64,000 bases of DNA. It comes from an uncultured virus (IMG/VR IMGVR_UViG_2700989659_000001). Taxonomy: Duplodnaviria > Heunggongvirae > Uroviricota > Caudoviricetes. The notes below the pieces were generated by a model. It was not told where the DNA came from and ran no database searches. It saw nothing but the letters and a program-made list of their open reading frames with translations. Positions 1 through 10,459 of this stretch are shown piece after piece. The stretch lies in the IMG/VR virus record IMGVR_UViG_2700989659_000001. One strand, written 5' to 3'. Position 1 is the first letter of the stretch, and each line of letters begins with the position of its first letter. The translations under genes and the position numbers were made by a program.

Positions 1-2313
1 TTATTTTATTGGTTTAGGTAACTTTGAAATAAAACTTGAATATCCTCCTGAATAGTAAATCAAATTCAAACTGCTGTATTTCTCCATGTTTTTTAAATCA
101 TCAAATTCAAAATCGCCTAACTTATTCTTAAATTTATCAAAGTCTTTTTCGTTTGTTCCGGTTAAAAACATAAATGATGATCCTGCTCCTATTAATGTAT
201 CTAATAAGATATCTATTTGATTTGTATACTGGCAACTAAATATAAATTTGCAACCAAATTTTCTTGTCTGAGGTAATATATCATCATTGGCCAACATTTT
301 CATTGCTGTCTCAGTTTGAAATACCTCATCTATAAATATATGTGTTGGCTTAGGTCTTTTGTGTAATGAACCTCTTATTTCTGTTGCTATCCATATTTTA
401 CTTAATAGAAAAGTAGTTATAACATTTTTTGCATGCTTTTTAAAGCTATCCTGCTTCATTTTTACTATTATTACTTTACCTTTTTCTAATTCATCTACAA
501 AGTTAACATTATTAGATCCATCTTTATTAAACATGTACTTAAGTTTAAAATCACTTCTTAATAAGGATATCCTATCAAGTATTCCTTCTATCTTACTTTC
601 TTTTGTACCTACTATTTCAGGTGTAGGGTTCTCTTTTGTTGGCTTAGAATATTCATGAAGAGCTTCCATGTCGTCAACTTCTTCTTTTAAATACTCTTTA
701 TCTTTTTCATTTAACCTATTTAGATATTCTATCCTACCTTTATGGTTTTCTAGACATCTAATTACTTCTTTTATAGAATTTTCTCCAGTACTAAAAACTA
801 TTGTAGCAGCAGAACTTAAATATCTTCTCATTCTAGATTGTAATGGTTGATATGGGTTAACTGCATCCACAAATTCAACTATTTGTTGGCTCTGTAAATT
901 TGCTAACTCACTCCTTTTAAAAGAATCCATCTCTTTAGTAATATTCAATTCATTAAAGGCAAATCCTTGAATATCACTTTCTTTAGTAAGGTCTAATATA
1001 ATTACTTTTTCTTTGGGTAAATAACTAATAATCTCATCTGACATTTCACAATTTTTAATGAAATCAATTGCTACTCCACCCTCTTCTCTCAAACTAACAA
1101 ATTTATAATAATTAGCTCCAAACGTAGACTTGCCTGCACCCTGTGCTCCAACCATTACAAGAGGTAAACTTCCTTTATCATAACTATCTTCTATAAAAGA
1201 TTTAACTTTAGTTCCTCTATATGTTACTAAACCTAATTCGATATACCCTTTTTGTAATTCTTCAGGAACCTTAGACTCTTCTACATTAATAGATTTCATT
1301 TTGAATTGTTTTATTAATTCATATCCTGGTATCTGTAAAAAATTTTTGCATTCATCAACGCTACAAAGACTAGTATCTATTTTATAATTATAATCCTTCA
1401 ACTCGAATTTTCTATTAGTCTTCTTATATAGTAATTCATTATCTTCTCTTAATACATTGTAGCTTTGGCATACACTCAACGCATTGTTTACTTTTCTAAT
1501 TCTGTTGCTACTATCAGATATAACCGCTATTTGAGTTGCTATTACATTAGAATTCTTTTTTAAAATAGTACTGTTTGACAATACTGCTTTTTCTTCAAAG
1601 GCAACCATAATTTTTTTATATAAATTCTCATTTTCATGATCTGAATTCCCTAAAAAATCTCCTATCACAGACAAGAAACAATCTAGCGTTCCAACAACTA
1701 TTCCTAGAAATATTTTAAGCCCATAGTCAAAAGTTATTTTCTTCTCTAATGGTTTTTTATCTTCAAATTTCTTAAGCATGGTATCGTATTTTTCTTTCCA
1801 TCCAAATTGAGAACATGGCATAAAGTTATAGGCTATAGCTACTCTATCATCATCTTTTATTATATCTATTACATTGAGAATATTATTTAAAGGTTCGTTG
1901 GTTCTTTTGTCTACTTTTAAACTTAATGAATCATCCTTTTTATATCCCAATTGATAAGTAATTTTATTATCTGTAAATTTAGGTATATCCTCCATTTCTT
2001 CTACTGTTGCTTTATCCCATATTTCTTTTATCTTTTCTAATATTATTTCTTTATATAATGTAGGTACTAAAAAATAAAAACTCGAATTATTTTTAGTTAT
2101 ATCTATAATGTAGCTAATTTTGTATTCAGCTTCTATGAATACCTTTTTCTGTTCTCTGTGCACTCTTTTAATAATATTTTTATACGTATCTGACATAGAT
2201 TTAGCAATATCACTACTATTGCAGTTTCGAATACTTTTGTGTGGGATTATCTTAAGGTACACATATACTGGATGAATTATTTCAAAGTACTTACTTAATG
2301 CTAATGATTTCAT
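1..2313 (-). CDS. VirD4/TraG-VirB4-like (FtsK/HerA superfamily) P-loop ATPase
   Basis: Walker A GAQGAGKST, Walker B IFIDE, RKFG..FSCQ motif; 770 aa. Confidence 0.7.
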   Translation of the reverse strand: MKSLALSKYFEIIHPVYVYLKIIPHKSIRNCNSSDIAKSMSDTYKNIIKRVHREQKKVFIEAEYKISYIIDITKNNSSFYFLVPTLYKEIILEKIKEIWDKATVEEMEDIPKFTDNKITYQLGYKKDDSLSLKVDKRTNEPLNNILNVIDIIKDDDRVAIAYNFMPCSQFGWKEKYDTMLKKFEDKKPLEKKITFDYGLKIFLGIVVGTLDCFLSVIGDFLGNSDHENENLYKKIMVAFEEKAVLSNSTILKKNSNVIATQIAVISDSSNRIRKVNNALSVCQSYNVLREDNELLYKKTNRKFELKDYNYKIDTSLCSVDECKNFLQIPGYELIKQFKMKSINVEESKVPEELQKGYIELGLVTYRGTKVKSFIEDSYDKGSLPLVMVGAQGAGKSTFGANYYKFVSLREEGGVAIDFIKNCEMSDEIISYLPKEKVIILDLTKESDIQGFAFNELNITKEMDSFKRSELANLQSQQIVEFVDAVNPYQPLQSRMRRYLSSAATIVFSTGENSIKEVIRCLENHKGRIEYLNRLNEKDKEYLKEEVDDMEALHEYSKPTKENPTPEIVGTKESKIEGILDRISLLRSDFKLKYMFNKDGSNNVNFVDELEKGKVIIVKMKQDSFKKHAKNVITTFLLSKIWIATEIRGSLHKRPKPTHIFIDEVFQTETAMKMLANDDILPQTRKFGCKFIFSCQYTNQIDILLDTLIGAGSSFMFLTGTNEKDFDKFKNKLGDFEFDDLKNMEKYSSLNLIYYSGGYSSFISKLPKPIK

Positions 2314-2507
2314 TTGACCGCCGCCTTAAAACATTGTAATAGGAAATATATTATCATACTAGCAGGTACAGCCTTGCCTGCCTTCTTCAATCCACCAATA
2401 TACAATATTAAAGCTATCATGGATATAATCACACATGGATAATAACTTTTATCGGCTATTTGAGTTACTGTACTTTTACATATCCAATCAAAAAAATCTT
2501 TTACCAT
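2310..2507 (-). CDS. Small two-TM membrane protein coupled to the ATPase
   Basis: GGAG RBS, hydrophobic 65 aa, ATGA overlap with the ATPase start. Confidence 0.7.
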   Translation of the reverse strand: MVKDFFDWICKSTVTQIADKSYYPCVIISMIALILYIGGLKKAGKAVPASMIIYFLLQCFKAAVK

Positions 2508-2524
2508 AATGTATTAACTCCTTT

Positions 2525-2929
2525 TTAAAATACTTTTTCTATTTGATCAAAGATCCATGTAATAATATATAAACTTGCATACAATAAAGAATATTTTATT
2601 ACTATCTGGCCTATTTCTGATGCACTTCCACCTTTTTTCATTCCACTTCTTATAATTTCTACACTTGCACAAATAATTGCTATCCATCTTCCTCCTTTTC
2701 TAATATAGCTTAAGAATGTAGCTCCTAGATCATCTATTCCATCGGAGTTGACAGCATGTACAATTGTAGGATGATTAGCTATAAAAAAAGCTACTGCTAT
2801 TCCTATTACAAATTGTCTTTCAAATTCCTTACTATTTCTAATCCCTAAGTTCTCTAATTTAATATCTAATGTAGTTTTACTTCCATATTTCCATTCTAAA
2901 TACTGGTCATGGTTCATTACTAATTTCAT
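2525..2929 (-). CDS. Membrane protein, VirB2/TrbC pilin-like layout
   Basis: AGGAG RBS; leader ending VHA followed by two hydrophobic helices. Confidence 0.45.
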   Translation of the reverse strand: MKLVMNHDQYLEWKYGSKTTLDIKLENLGIRNSKEFERQFVIGIAVAFFIANHPTIVHAVNSDGIDDLGATFLSYIRKGGRWIAIICASVEIIRSGMKKGGSASEIGQIVIKYSLLYASLYIITWIFDQIEKVF

Positions 2930-2948
2930 AAATTCTCCTTTCCAAAAT

Positions 2949-2977
2949 GTATAAAAGATAAAATTAAGGCCATACTA
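2949..2977 (+). promoter_or_regulatory. SigG-like promoter GTATA-N17-CATACTA
   Basis: Matches the forespore SigG consensus, upstream of the 3006 peptide. Confidence 0.55.
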
Positions 2978-3005
2978 AACAAATAAAATTTAACGAGGTG
3001 ATTAT

Positions 3006-3083
3006 ATGACAATACCATTTGCAATTGCAGCTGGATACGTTATTGCATACGGAGTTGCTTGTGTTGCAGTTTATTTCGGATAA
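3006..3083 (+). CDS. 25-aa hydrophobic peptide MTIPFAIAAGYVIAYGVACVAVYFG
   Basis: GAGGTG RBS, own promoter and terminator; absent from ORF track. Confidence 0.65.
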   Translation: MTIPFAIAAGYVIAYGVACVAVYFG

Positions 3084-3164
3084 TTCACTGAAATTAAGAA
3101 TATTTCCGACTTCTAATTGCATATACTTAGAGTGTAACTCGTTACGCTATAAGTAATTTAGCCT

Positions 3165-3195
3165 AAGTCTATCCTTTTACTGGATGGACTTTTTT
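3165..3195 (+). terminator. Intrinsic terminator
   Basis: AAGTCTATCC/GGATGGACTT stem + T-run. Confidence 0.7.
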
Positions 3196-3205
3196 CATGT
3201 TAAAA

Positions 3206-3370
3206 TTAACATTTATCTTTTCTTTTATATTTCTCAGGCAAATATATTTCTCCAAGTATTTGTTTTATTTCATTTCCTCTATCTTCTAACTCGTATAATT
3301 TCTTATATAATTCTATTTCCTTTGTAGATGTGGTTTTGAAACTTAATGGTATTACTAAAGGCTTATCCAT
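3206..3370 (-). CDS. 54-aa protein, possibly ribbon-helix-helix-like
   Basis: AAGGAG RBS; MDKPLVIPLSFKTTSTKEIELYKKL... Confidence 0.6.
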   Translation of the reverse strand: MDKPLVIPLSFKTTSTKEIELYKKLYELEDRGNEIKQILGEIYLPEKYKRKDKC

Positions 3371-3488
3371 CTCTTAGCTCCTTTTTAATTAATCTTTAGT
3401 TAATATATATTCAAGTTCCTTATAAAAATTACTAAATATTATATTTTATTAATTATTTTTATATAAAAATAAAGAGAATGGAAATTTA

Positions 3489-3722
3489 CTAAAATCCATT
3501 CTCTTTTTCTAAATAAACTATTTCATCAATTTTTAAATTTAATTTATTAGATATTTTCAATACCATTTCAAGACTTGGTTGATTACTGTTATTTTCCCAC
3601 TTATTATAACTAACTTGAGAAACTCCAATATAATCAGCAAAATCTTTTTGCTTTTTATATCCCAACTGAAGCCTTATTTCTAGTAATTTATTTTTTACCC
3701 CCACAATACCACCTCTATACAA
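3489..3722 (-). CDS. XRE/Cro-type HTH regulator (true start probably a GTG near 3703)
   Basis: QKDFADYIGVSQVSYNKWENN..QPSL. Confidence 0.85.
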   Translation of the reverse strand: MYRGGIVGVKNKLLEIRLQLGYKKQKDFADYIGVSQVSYNKWENNSNQPSLEMVLKISNKLNLKIDEIVYLEKENGF

Positions 3723-3909
3723 TTGTAAAATAATTACAAGTAATTATCAATAAATAAAATATAATAAAAGATTATATTTTTTGATGCATAATTTAAAGCA
3801 TTCTACAAATAATATAATTGCTCAAATATAGAAATTTAAATACTTAAACGGAGAAAAGAAATGGCACTTACTGAGTCTCCTGGTTATCTCTCTTCATATT
3901 TAACCGTAA

Positions 3910-4071
3910 TCAATTTTCTCTATTTCTATCTGCTCGCCTTCTCATTTCATTCACTATTAACTTGTCTAATTCTTGGCTTATTTTTAAAACCTCTTGTGAC
4001 TCCTTCCCATACTGTAAAATATGCACATGTAGTCTTTTCCTTAGTATTTCTATATTGTTTTTATCTTCCAT
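3910..4071 (-). CDS. Spo0E-family aspartyl-phosphate phosphatase-like protein, 53 aa
   Basis: AGGAG RBS; IEILRKRL...EVLKISQELDKLI contains the SQELD signature; absent from ORF track. Confidence 0.8.
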   Translation of the reverse strand: MEDKNNIEILRKRLHVHILQYGKESQEVLKISQELDKLIVNEMRRRADRNREN

Positions 4072-4407
4072 AAGTTGTCTCCTAAATATAATAAGAAATA
4101 ATTCATCACTCTTTGAATTTTAAAATTCATTTCTTTTCTATGATTATAACATGAAACACCTATATCTGCTGAACGCATTTCAGACAATTTCTCCCTATAT
4201 TCCCTATATTCATGCTGTTATTATCGTATTATTTATTGTAGAACAGCATATGAGATGAAGAAATAAAAAAGACAAGTTAAACATTAAATATTTCAGATAA
4301 ATCTTTGTCACATTAAATATAAAGATTATCTTTTAAATAAAAATTGAGAATTATATCGAAATTTGCTAGTATATATTTATATAAACTAACTAAGGAGGAA
4401 TTAACAT

Positions 4408-4620
4408 ATGAATAAGCCTAGTTCTTTGGGAAAGACTATTAAATTTATTAGAGTAGCTAACAATATCGATAGGAATAAATTAAGTAGATTAACTGGAATT
4501 GACAACCTGGCATTGTATGAGATTGAATGTGGTTATATACAGACTCTTAACGATAGTGATATAGAAAAGATAGCAAATGCCTTAGGTGTAAGTTCAGATA
4601 TATTAAAACGTAAAATGTAA
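4408..4620 (+). CDS. XRE-family HTH regulator
   Basis: AAGGAGG RBS; LSRLTGI...LYEIECG...IANALGVS. Confidence 0.85.
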   Translation: MNKPSSLGKTIKFIRVANNIDRNKLSRLTGIDNLALYEIECGYIQTLNDSDIEKIANALGVSSDILKRKM

Positions 4621-5334
4621 ATAAAATAACTCAATAAATACAAATAGCAACAAGCAAAAAACTCTTGCCTGCTGCCATTGACATATAGATATATTAAAAT
4701 ACTTACATTTATATTTTACCATTATACTACAATAAAGTAAATACCGACAAAAAAATGCAACCAAATTAATGATTGCACTTTTATTTATTATATGTTTTAA
4801 GGGTTTTATGGTATATAAGCATATAAATAGTTTATCATGAAACTAAATGCAAAAACAAGTAACTATTACTCTAAATAATATTATTCCCTTGATTTTTAGG
4901 AACTGCCTATGCTATACTAATTATGCAAAATGGACTGGCGGTGACTTAAGTTACTGCCTTTTTATTTTCTTAGTAATCAATGTATATAATTCTAATATTA
5001 TACTAATAATATAACTGCTCCATTCTATGGATTTAAACACAAAATAGGGATAGCTTTACTGTCATGCACCTGATTCTTTTGCTATCTCTATTTTTGTTAA
5101 AAAAATAAAAGGCAGACCAAGTATTTCTACCTAATCTGCCTTATGTAAAGGTACTGGTTTATGCTTCTAGCATTATTATAATATAATATTAATAGAAAAT
5201 ATTCCACTTCTATCAAATTTATCTCAAATAAAAAAATACAGCCAACTTAATGGCTGCATTTTGATTTGTATGTACTTTTGGCTTTTTCAATGGATCGCTA
5301 TCATTTTATCACATTTTTATAAAAAATCCAATTA

Positions 5335-5484
5335 TCATTTATCAATTAATTCATTCTTAACATATTCATTAATAGTATCTTCTTCACCTTTGAATATTTC
5401 TGCTAAGTATAATATTGTTTCCTGTTCTCCTTCCGGAAGGTCTCTTATTGTATCTTTGATTGTATCTATAGTTACATCTTTCAT
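5335..5484 (-). CDS. 49-aa acidic hypothetical protein
   Basis: GGTGGTG RBS; MKDVTIDTIKDTIRDLPEGEQE... Confidence 0.6.
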   Translation of the reverse strand: MKDVTIDTIKDTIRDLPEGEQETILYLAEIFKGEEDTINEYVKNELIDK

Positions 5485-5707
5485 AAAATAAAATCACCAC
5501 CTTGATGTTATTATGAGATATTATATTACATTAATCCAAAATAATCCATAGTATAAATAATGGAAATTTGCTAATGCTATAAATGCTAATCTTTTATAGC
5601 TTGGCAGGTTGCCATAAGACAGTAAATTAATTAATAGTTTGCTGTCTTTTGTTCCATATAATAAGTTGTTTATCATATATATTACACTTTTAATACTGAT
5701 AAAACTA

Positions 5708-5911
5708 TTATTCTATAATCAACATAGTTTCATCAGTATTAAAAATAATATCTTTCATAAATGCAAAAATAATTGTTTTTCTGTATTCACATGCAATTTC
5801 ATTTATTAAATTTATTTCTTCATCTGTTAATCTGCTCTTATAAACCATTATAGTTTTATAATCACTTTCTATAATAGCCGTAATTATTTTTCTTACATAT
5901 AAGTTATACAT
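5708..5911 (-). CDS. Hypothetical protein, 67 aa
   Basis: AAGGAG RBS. Confidence 0.65.
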   Translation of the reverse strand: MYNLYVRKIITAIIESDYKTIMVYKSRLTDEEINLINEIACEYRKTIIFAFMKDIIFNTDETMLIIE

Positions 5912-6650
5912 TTCTATATTTCTCCTTTTACTATCCTAATAGTTTATCAAATTTCATCCTATTTTATTACTAAAATTTGATTTGATATGAAAAATATTAA
6001 TTGTTAACTAAAATGTAAGATTTCCCTATATAAAATCAATATACTTTGTTCTTTTTCACTATAACTATTAATATAATAATAGTGGTTGGGTATTCTTGGT
6101 CCGTATATATGCATATATACTTAAAGGGATTGTATTTTTTGTATGATCCCTATCTCTATTGAAAATTATAGCCACTTACAAAACTATAAATTTTTATTTC
6201 TGTAACATTCCTTTTTCCTCTACAATATATTAATTAATATAACCGGCATTTTCTCCATGTCGTGTTAGTACTTTATGTGTATTAACAAAAAATATATCAC
6301 CTTTCGTTTTCATAAAAAAGCGGCAGTTAGAAACCTCTTTACTGCTGCCTTTTTATATAACTTAACATAAAGGGAACAAGGGGAATAAAGATTCCTCTCT
6401 ACTCCCCTTATACTAGAATTATTTAATGAGAACTCAACTTGCTTTTTTTATTAATTGCCTCAATTACATTATAACACCCATTAACAAAAAATGTAAAGTT
6501 TAATTTATACTTTATTTACATAATTTTTCTAATAATATATCCGATAATTATCGCCCTCATCTTATCATCTTCTCATTAGGTTCTAATATATTAGTTATAT
6601 AGATATATTTCTTTAATAGGCAATTAATATCTTGATAAGTGAATTGCGCA

Positions 6651-7742
6651 TTAATTTTTATCATTGTTAAATAGCACTACTTTATTCCTTCCAATGTTTT
6701 TTGCTTGATATAATGCAATATCAGCATTTTCAAGTAAATTATCAATTTGGCTTGTCAGTTTAGGGTATGATGATATTCCAATTGAAATTGTAATTTTGAT
6801 TGCTTCATTATCTGAAATATAAAAATTATTATTTTGGACAGTATTCCTTAATCTTTCTGCAATTTTAAAAGCTCTAGAATCTGAACAATCTAGTAATATT
6901 ATAGAAAACTCCTCTCCACCCATTCTCGATATCACATCATATGTTCTACATGTGTTAATAAGAATCTCAGCTAATCCTTTTAAAATAATATCACCTGAAT
7001 TATGACCATAATTATCATTTACTTTTTTAAAATAATCTATATCTATAAGTAACATAGATAGCTCTTCTTCTTTACGTATTGCCAACTGAGAAATATTATT
7101 AAAACTATCATCAAATTGCCTTACATTATTCAAACCGGTTAAATAATCTTTTGTTGCTTCATTTTTTAATCTTTGATAAATCTTGATTGTCTCAATTATG
7201 TAATCTAAGTACTTAATTGAAAAATAAGATATTATTAAATATCCAGAAATGAACATTGTCAATGTTTGAAATATTAATATTACATTTTTTAATGCTATGA
7301 ATGATGAAATAACTGATACTATAATAAGAAGAATCATAGAATAAATATACTTTCTTCTTTTTGATGATTTTAATAGAGAAATAATTCCAAATCCAACTCC
7401 TATAAATAATGAGCATATTAATCCAATTATTGACGAGTTAGAGACTCCTAAAAAGAAAAATCGAAAAGCGCCTATAATAATAGAAGCAATAACTGAAGGT
7501 ATTAAACCAACATAGAGAGCTGATAATAAAATTGGTATATATCGAAAATCAATGATTGTGTCATGTGTAATTTGCACACTATTCATCAACAATATTACTC
7601 CTAATATACCACTGAAAAATCCAAAAGCAACTTTATCATTTAATGATGAATTGCAAAAAATATTTTTTTCCTTAAAAAAATTCTGACCAATACTCATAAA
7701 CGCTATTAATATACATGCATTCTGAAAAAAACTCAACACCAT
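6651..7742 (-). CDS. Diguanylate cyclase with 5TM-LYT-type sensor
   Basis: N-terminal TMs with DFRYIP; DYLTGL, DID.FK, RxxD I-site, GGEEF. Confidence 0.92.
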   Translation of the reverse strand: MVLSFFQNACILIAFMSIGQNFFKEKNIFCNSSLNDKVAFGFFSGILGVILLMNSVQITHDTIIDFRYIPILLSALYVGLIPSVIASIIIGAFRFFFLGVSNSSIIGLICSLFIGVGFGIISLLKSSKRRKYIYSMILLIIVSVISSFIALKNVILIFQTLTMFISGYLIISYFSIKYLDYIIETIKIYQRLKNEATKDYLTGLNNVRQFDDSFNNISQLAIRKEEELSMLLIDIDYFKKVNDNYGHNSGDIILKGLAEILINTCRTYDVISRMGGEEFSIILLDCSDSRAFKIAERLRNTVQNNNFYISDNEAIKITISIGISSYPKLTSQIDNLLENADIALYQAKNIGRNKVVLFNNDKN

Positions 7743-7947
7743 TATTACTCTCCTTCTTTCTTCTTTGATACTAAGTTAACCTAAATATATATAATAGCAA
7801 AGCGTATTTCGCCAATTTTCTACATTTAAGTATTTACTCAATTATAGCACATCATATAAAACTAATTATAGAAAATAAGCAATACTTGAATTTGTTATAA
7901 CTGGTGTTCATATTTTTTCTGAATCTTTCGTGCACTAATATTAAGGA

Positions 7948-9048
7948 ATGTTATTAAATTTTAATGCCATACTAAATATGAAAGGTGGCTTTGAAATGAA
8001 AATATTCAAAACTCTATTCTTATTTTTTATTGTAATTATAGTAACTATCATGTCAATATCTTATACTAAAATACATGCTAATTCACAAGTTGTTCCACAA
8101 AAACAAATTAAAACAGCTGTATTATTATTTAGTTTTGATGATCCTTATATTTCTTTAGTCCGTAAAGGACTAGAAGAAATTCAAAATAAAAATACCAGTA
8201 GTGTCGACTTTACATTTTATGATGGCAAAAGAAATCAGAACATACAAAATGCTCTTTTAGATTCGGTTCTTCAAAGTGATTATAATCTTTTGCTAATAAA
8301 CTTAGTCGATTTAGATCAAAGTACAGTCGAATCAGTTATCTACAAAGCAAAACAAAAAAACATTCCACTAATCTTATTTAATACAGTACCATTTGAAACA
8401 ATTCCTATTAAATCTTATAGTAAAGCCCTAGTTATATCTACCGATGCTATTCAATCAGGTGTTTTGCAAGGCGATCTCATTATAAATGAATGGAATTCAA
8501 ACAAAAATGATATTGATAGAAATGGCGATAATGCATTACAATATATTCTGCTAAAGGGTCCAAACAATATTACAGTAACAAATGCAAGAAGTTTATATTC
8601 TATTTCAACCATTAATAAATCTGGAATAAAAACTCAAGAAATTCTATCTAAAACTTGTAATTGGGATGAGAACTGTGCAGAAGATTCTATTAAACTACTA
8701 TTTTTAAGCTATGGAAAAAATATAGAAGCGATAATTTCAAATAATGATGCTATGGCCATAGGCGCTGTTAATTCATTACAATCATATGGTTATAATAAAG
8801 GAGATAAATCAAAATATATTCCAGTTTTCGGGATTGACGGAATACCAGAAGCTATAGATTTAATTGATAGAGGCATTATGTCTGGTACTGTATCACAAGA
8901 TCCAAATCAAACAGCTGAAGCCCTTTATGTTGTAGGAATGAATTTAGCTAATAATTTAAACCCGCTTCAAGGTACAAATTATAAATTTGATGAAACTGGA
9001 GTTACAATTAATATGCCTTATCATGAATATGAGCCACAGAAGCAGTAG
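7948..9048 (+). CDS. MglB-like sugar ABC substrate-binding protein (start probably 7996)
   Basis: IEAIISNNDAMAIGA, GIDG, GTVSQD. Confidence 0.85.
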   Translation: MLLNFNAILNMKGGFEMKIFKTLFLFFIVIIVTIMSISYTKIHANSQVVPQKQIKTAVLLFSFDDPYISLVRKGLEEIQNKNTSSVDFTFYDGKRNQNIQNALLDSVLQSDYNLLLINLVDLDQSTVESVIYKAKQKNIPLILFNTVPFETIPIKSYSKALVISTDAIQSGVLQGDLIINEWNSNKNDIDRNGDNALQYILLKGPNNITVTNARSLYSISTINKSGIKTQEILSKTCNWDENCAEDSIKLLFLSYGKNIEAIISNNDAMAIGAVNSLQSYGYNKGDKSKYIPVFGIDGIPEAIDLIDRGIMSGTVSQDPNQTAEALYVVGMNLANNLNPLQGTNYKFDETGVTINMPYHEYEPQKQ

Positions 9049-9168
9049 TTGGATTGCTCCTAGCCACTAATTTTTATTTACATCCTTTAATCTTAACTAT
9101 ACAAACTAAATTTAATCTTTAGAAGAAAATCATATTATTAAATAAAATACCCTACATGGAGGATTATA

Positions 9169-10212
9169 ATGTGGATATTGAAGAAAGTATTAATTATAGT
9201 ACTGTTAATGAATATTACAGTAAAACTCACTAAAATTAGCACGTTTTATAGTCTAAATTTAAATAATAAAAATATAACCAATATTGCTGTGTTATTATAT
9301 ACGTTTGATCCATTTATGTCATCACTTAAACAAAGCCTAGAAACTATCCAAAAGGATAATGATGATAAAATCAAAGTTACTTTTTTTGATGGAAAAAACA
9401 ATATAGCACTCCAAAATGAAACAATAGATTCTATTTCTAAAAATGATTTCGATTTAATTTTAGCAAACTTAGCTGATGTAAGTGAAAACTTTGTTGAAGA
9501 TATTATTTTTAAGGTTAAATCTAAGAATATTCCAATAGTTTTTTTGGATGTAGATCCGAAAGTAGTGTCCAAAGTTTCTAAATATTATGATAAAGCTGCT
9601 TTTATATTGGCAAATTCTGATTTAGCTGGCACTGTTCAAGGTAAAATTCTCGTTAATCTATGGAATACTAATAAAAGTGCACTAGATAAAAATAATGATA
9701 ATGTTCTACAATATATTCTATTACATGGTGAAGCTGATAATCCTGTCGCAATCGACAGAACAAAATATGCTATTTCAACAATTAATAACTCAGGGATAAA
9801 TACAGAACAACTAGCATTTGTAAATGCCAATTGGCTCAAGACTTTATCTAAAGATTCTATTGAATCATTATTCTTTAGATACGATGATAAAATTGAAGCA
9901 ATAATTTCAAACAATGATGATATGGCAATCGGGGCAGTTGAGGCACTTCAAAAATATGGCTATAATAAAGGTGAAAAATCAAAAAATATAGCTATTGTTG
10001 GAATCGATGGAATTCCCGAAGCAAAATCTCTAATTGATAAAGGATTTATGACTGGTACTGTTATTCAAGACCCGAAAATTTTAGCAGAAGTGTTCTATAA
10101 TGTTGGAATGAATTTAGTTAATAATTTAAGTCCTACAGAAAATACAAACTATAATGTTGTTGATGGAGAAATTATAGTTCCATTCCCTTACGAAGAATAT
10201 ATAAAAAAATGA
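9169..10212 (+). CDS. MglB-like sugar ABC substrate-binding protein (paralog)
   Basis: IEAIISNNDDMAIGA, GIDG, GTVIQD. Confidence 0.85.
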   Translation: MWILKKVLIIVLLMNITVKLTKISTFYSLNLNNKNITNIAVLLYTFDPFMSSLKQSLETIQKDNDDKIKVTFFDGKNNIALQNETIDSISKNDFDLILANLADVSENFVEDIIFKVKSKNIPIVFLDVDPKVVSKVSKYYDKAAFILANSDLAGTVQGKILVNLWNTNKSALDKNNDNVLQYILLHGEADNPVAIDRTKYAISTINNSGINTEQLAFVNANWLKTLSKDSIESLFFRYDDKIEAIISNNDDMAIGAVEALQKYGYNKGEKSKNIAIVGIDGIPEAKSLIDKGFMTGTVIQDPKILAEVFYNVGMNLVNNLSPTENTNYNVVDGEIIVPFPYEEYIKK

Positions 10213-10292
10213 ATCATTTTAATATAATTGTGATGGATTTCTTTGCTCATTCAAAAAGTACTTTGACGCAACAAGTTAATTGGAATATTCCA

Positions 10293-10437
10293 GTAACATT
10301 TTCCAAATTCCATAATATATTAAAGTGATATAAGCAATTATATTATCGTATATTTTTCTATTCCTCAAAAAGTTTTCATGATCTAACCTCATTAAATATT
10401 CTAAAAAGGCAGTAGTTGGATTGCTCCTAGCTACTGC
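10293..10437 (+). repeat. ~145-bp direct repeat, copy 1
   Basis: Near-identical to 11525-11667; ends in GCAGTAGTTGGATTGCTCCTAGCTACTGC hairpin. Confidence 0.9.
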
Positions 10438-10459
10438 TGACATATATTAGCGCTTTAAT

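Noticed and set aside
3861..4073. Plus-strand 70-aa ORF
   Set aside because: Shadow of the minus-strand Spo0E-like gene, which has a clear family motif
5261..5491. Plus-strand 76-aa ORF (likewise 14719-14919, 61048-61248)
   Set aside because: No RBS; overlaps better-supported minus-strand ORFs or RNA elements
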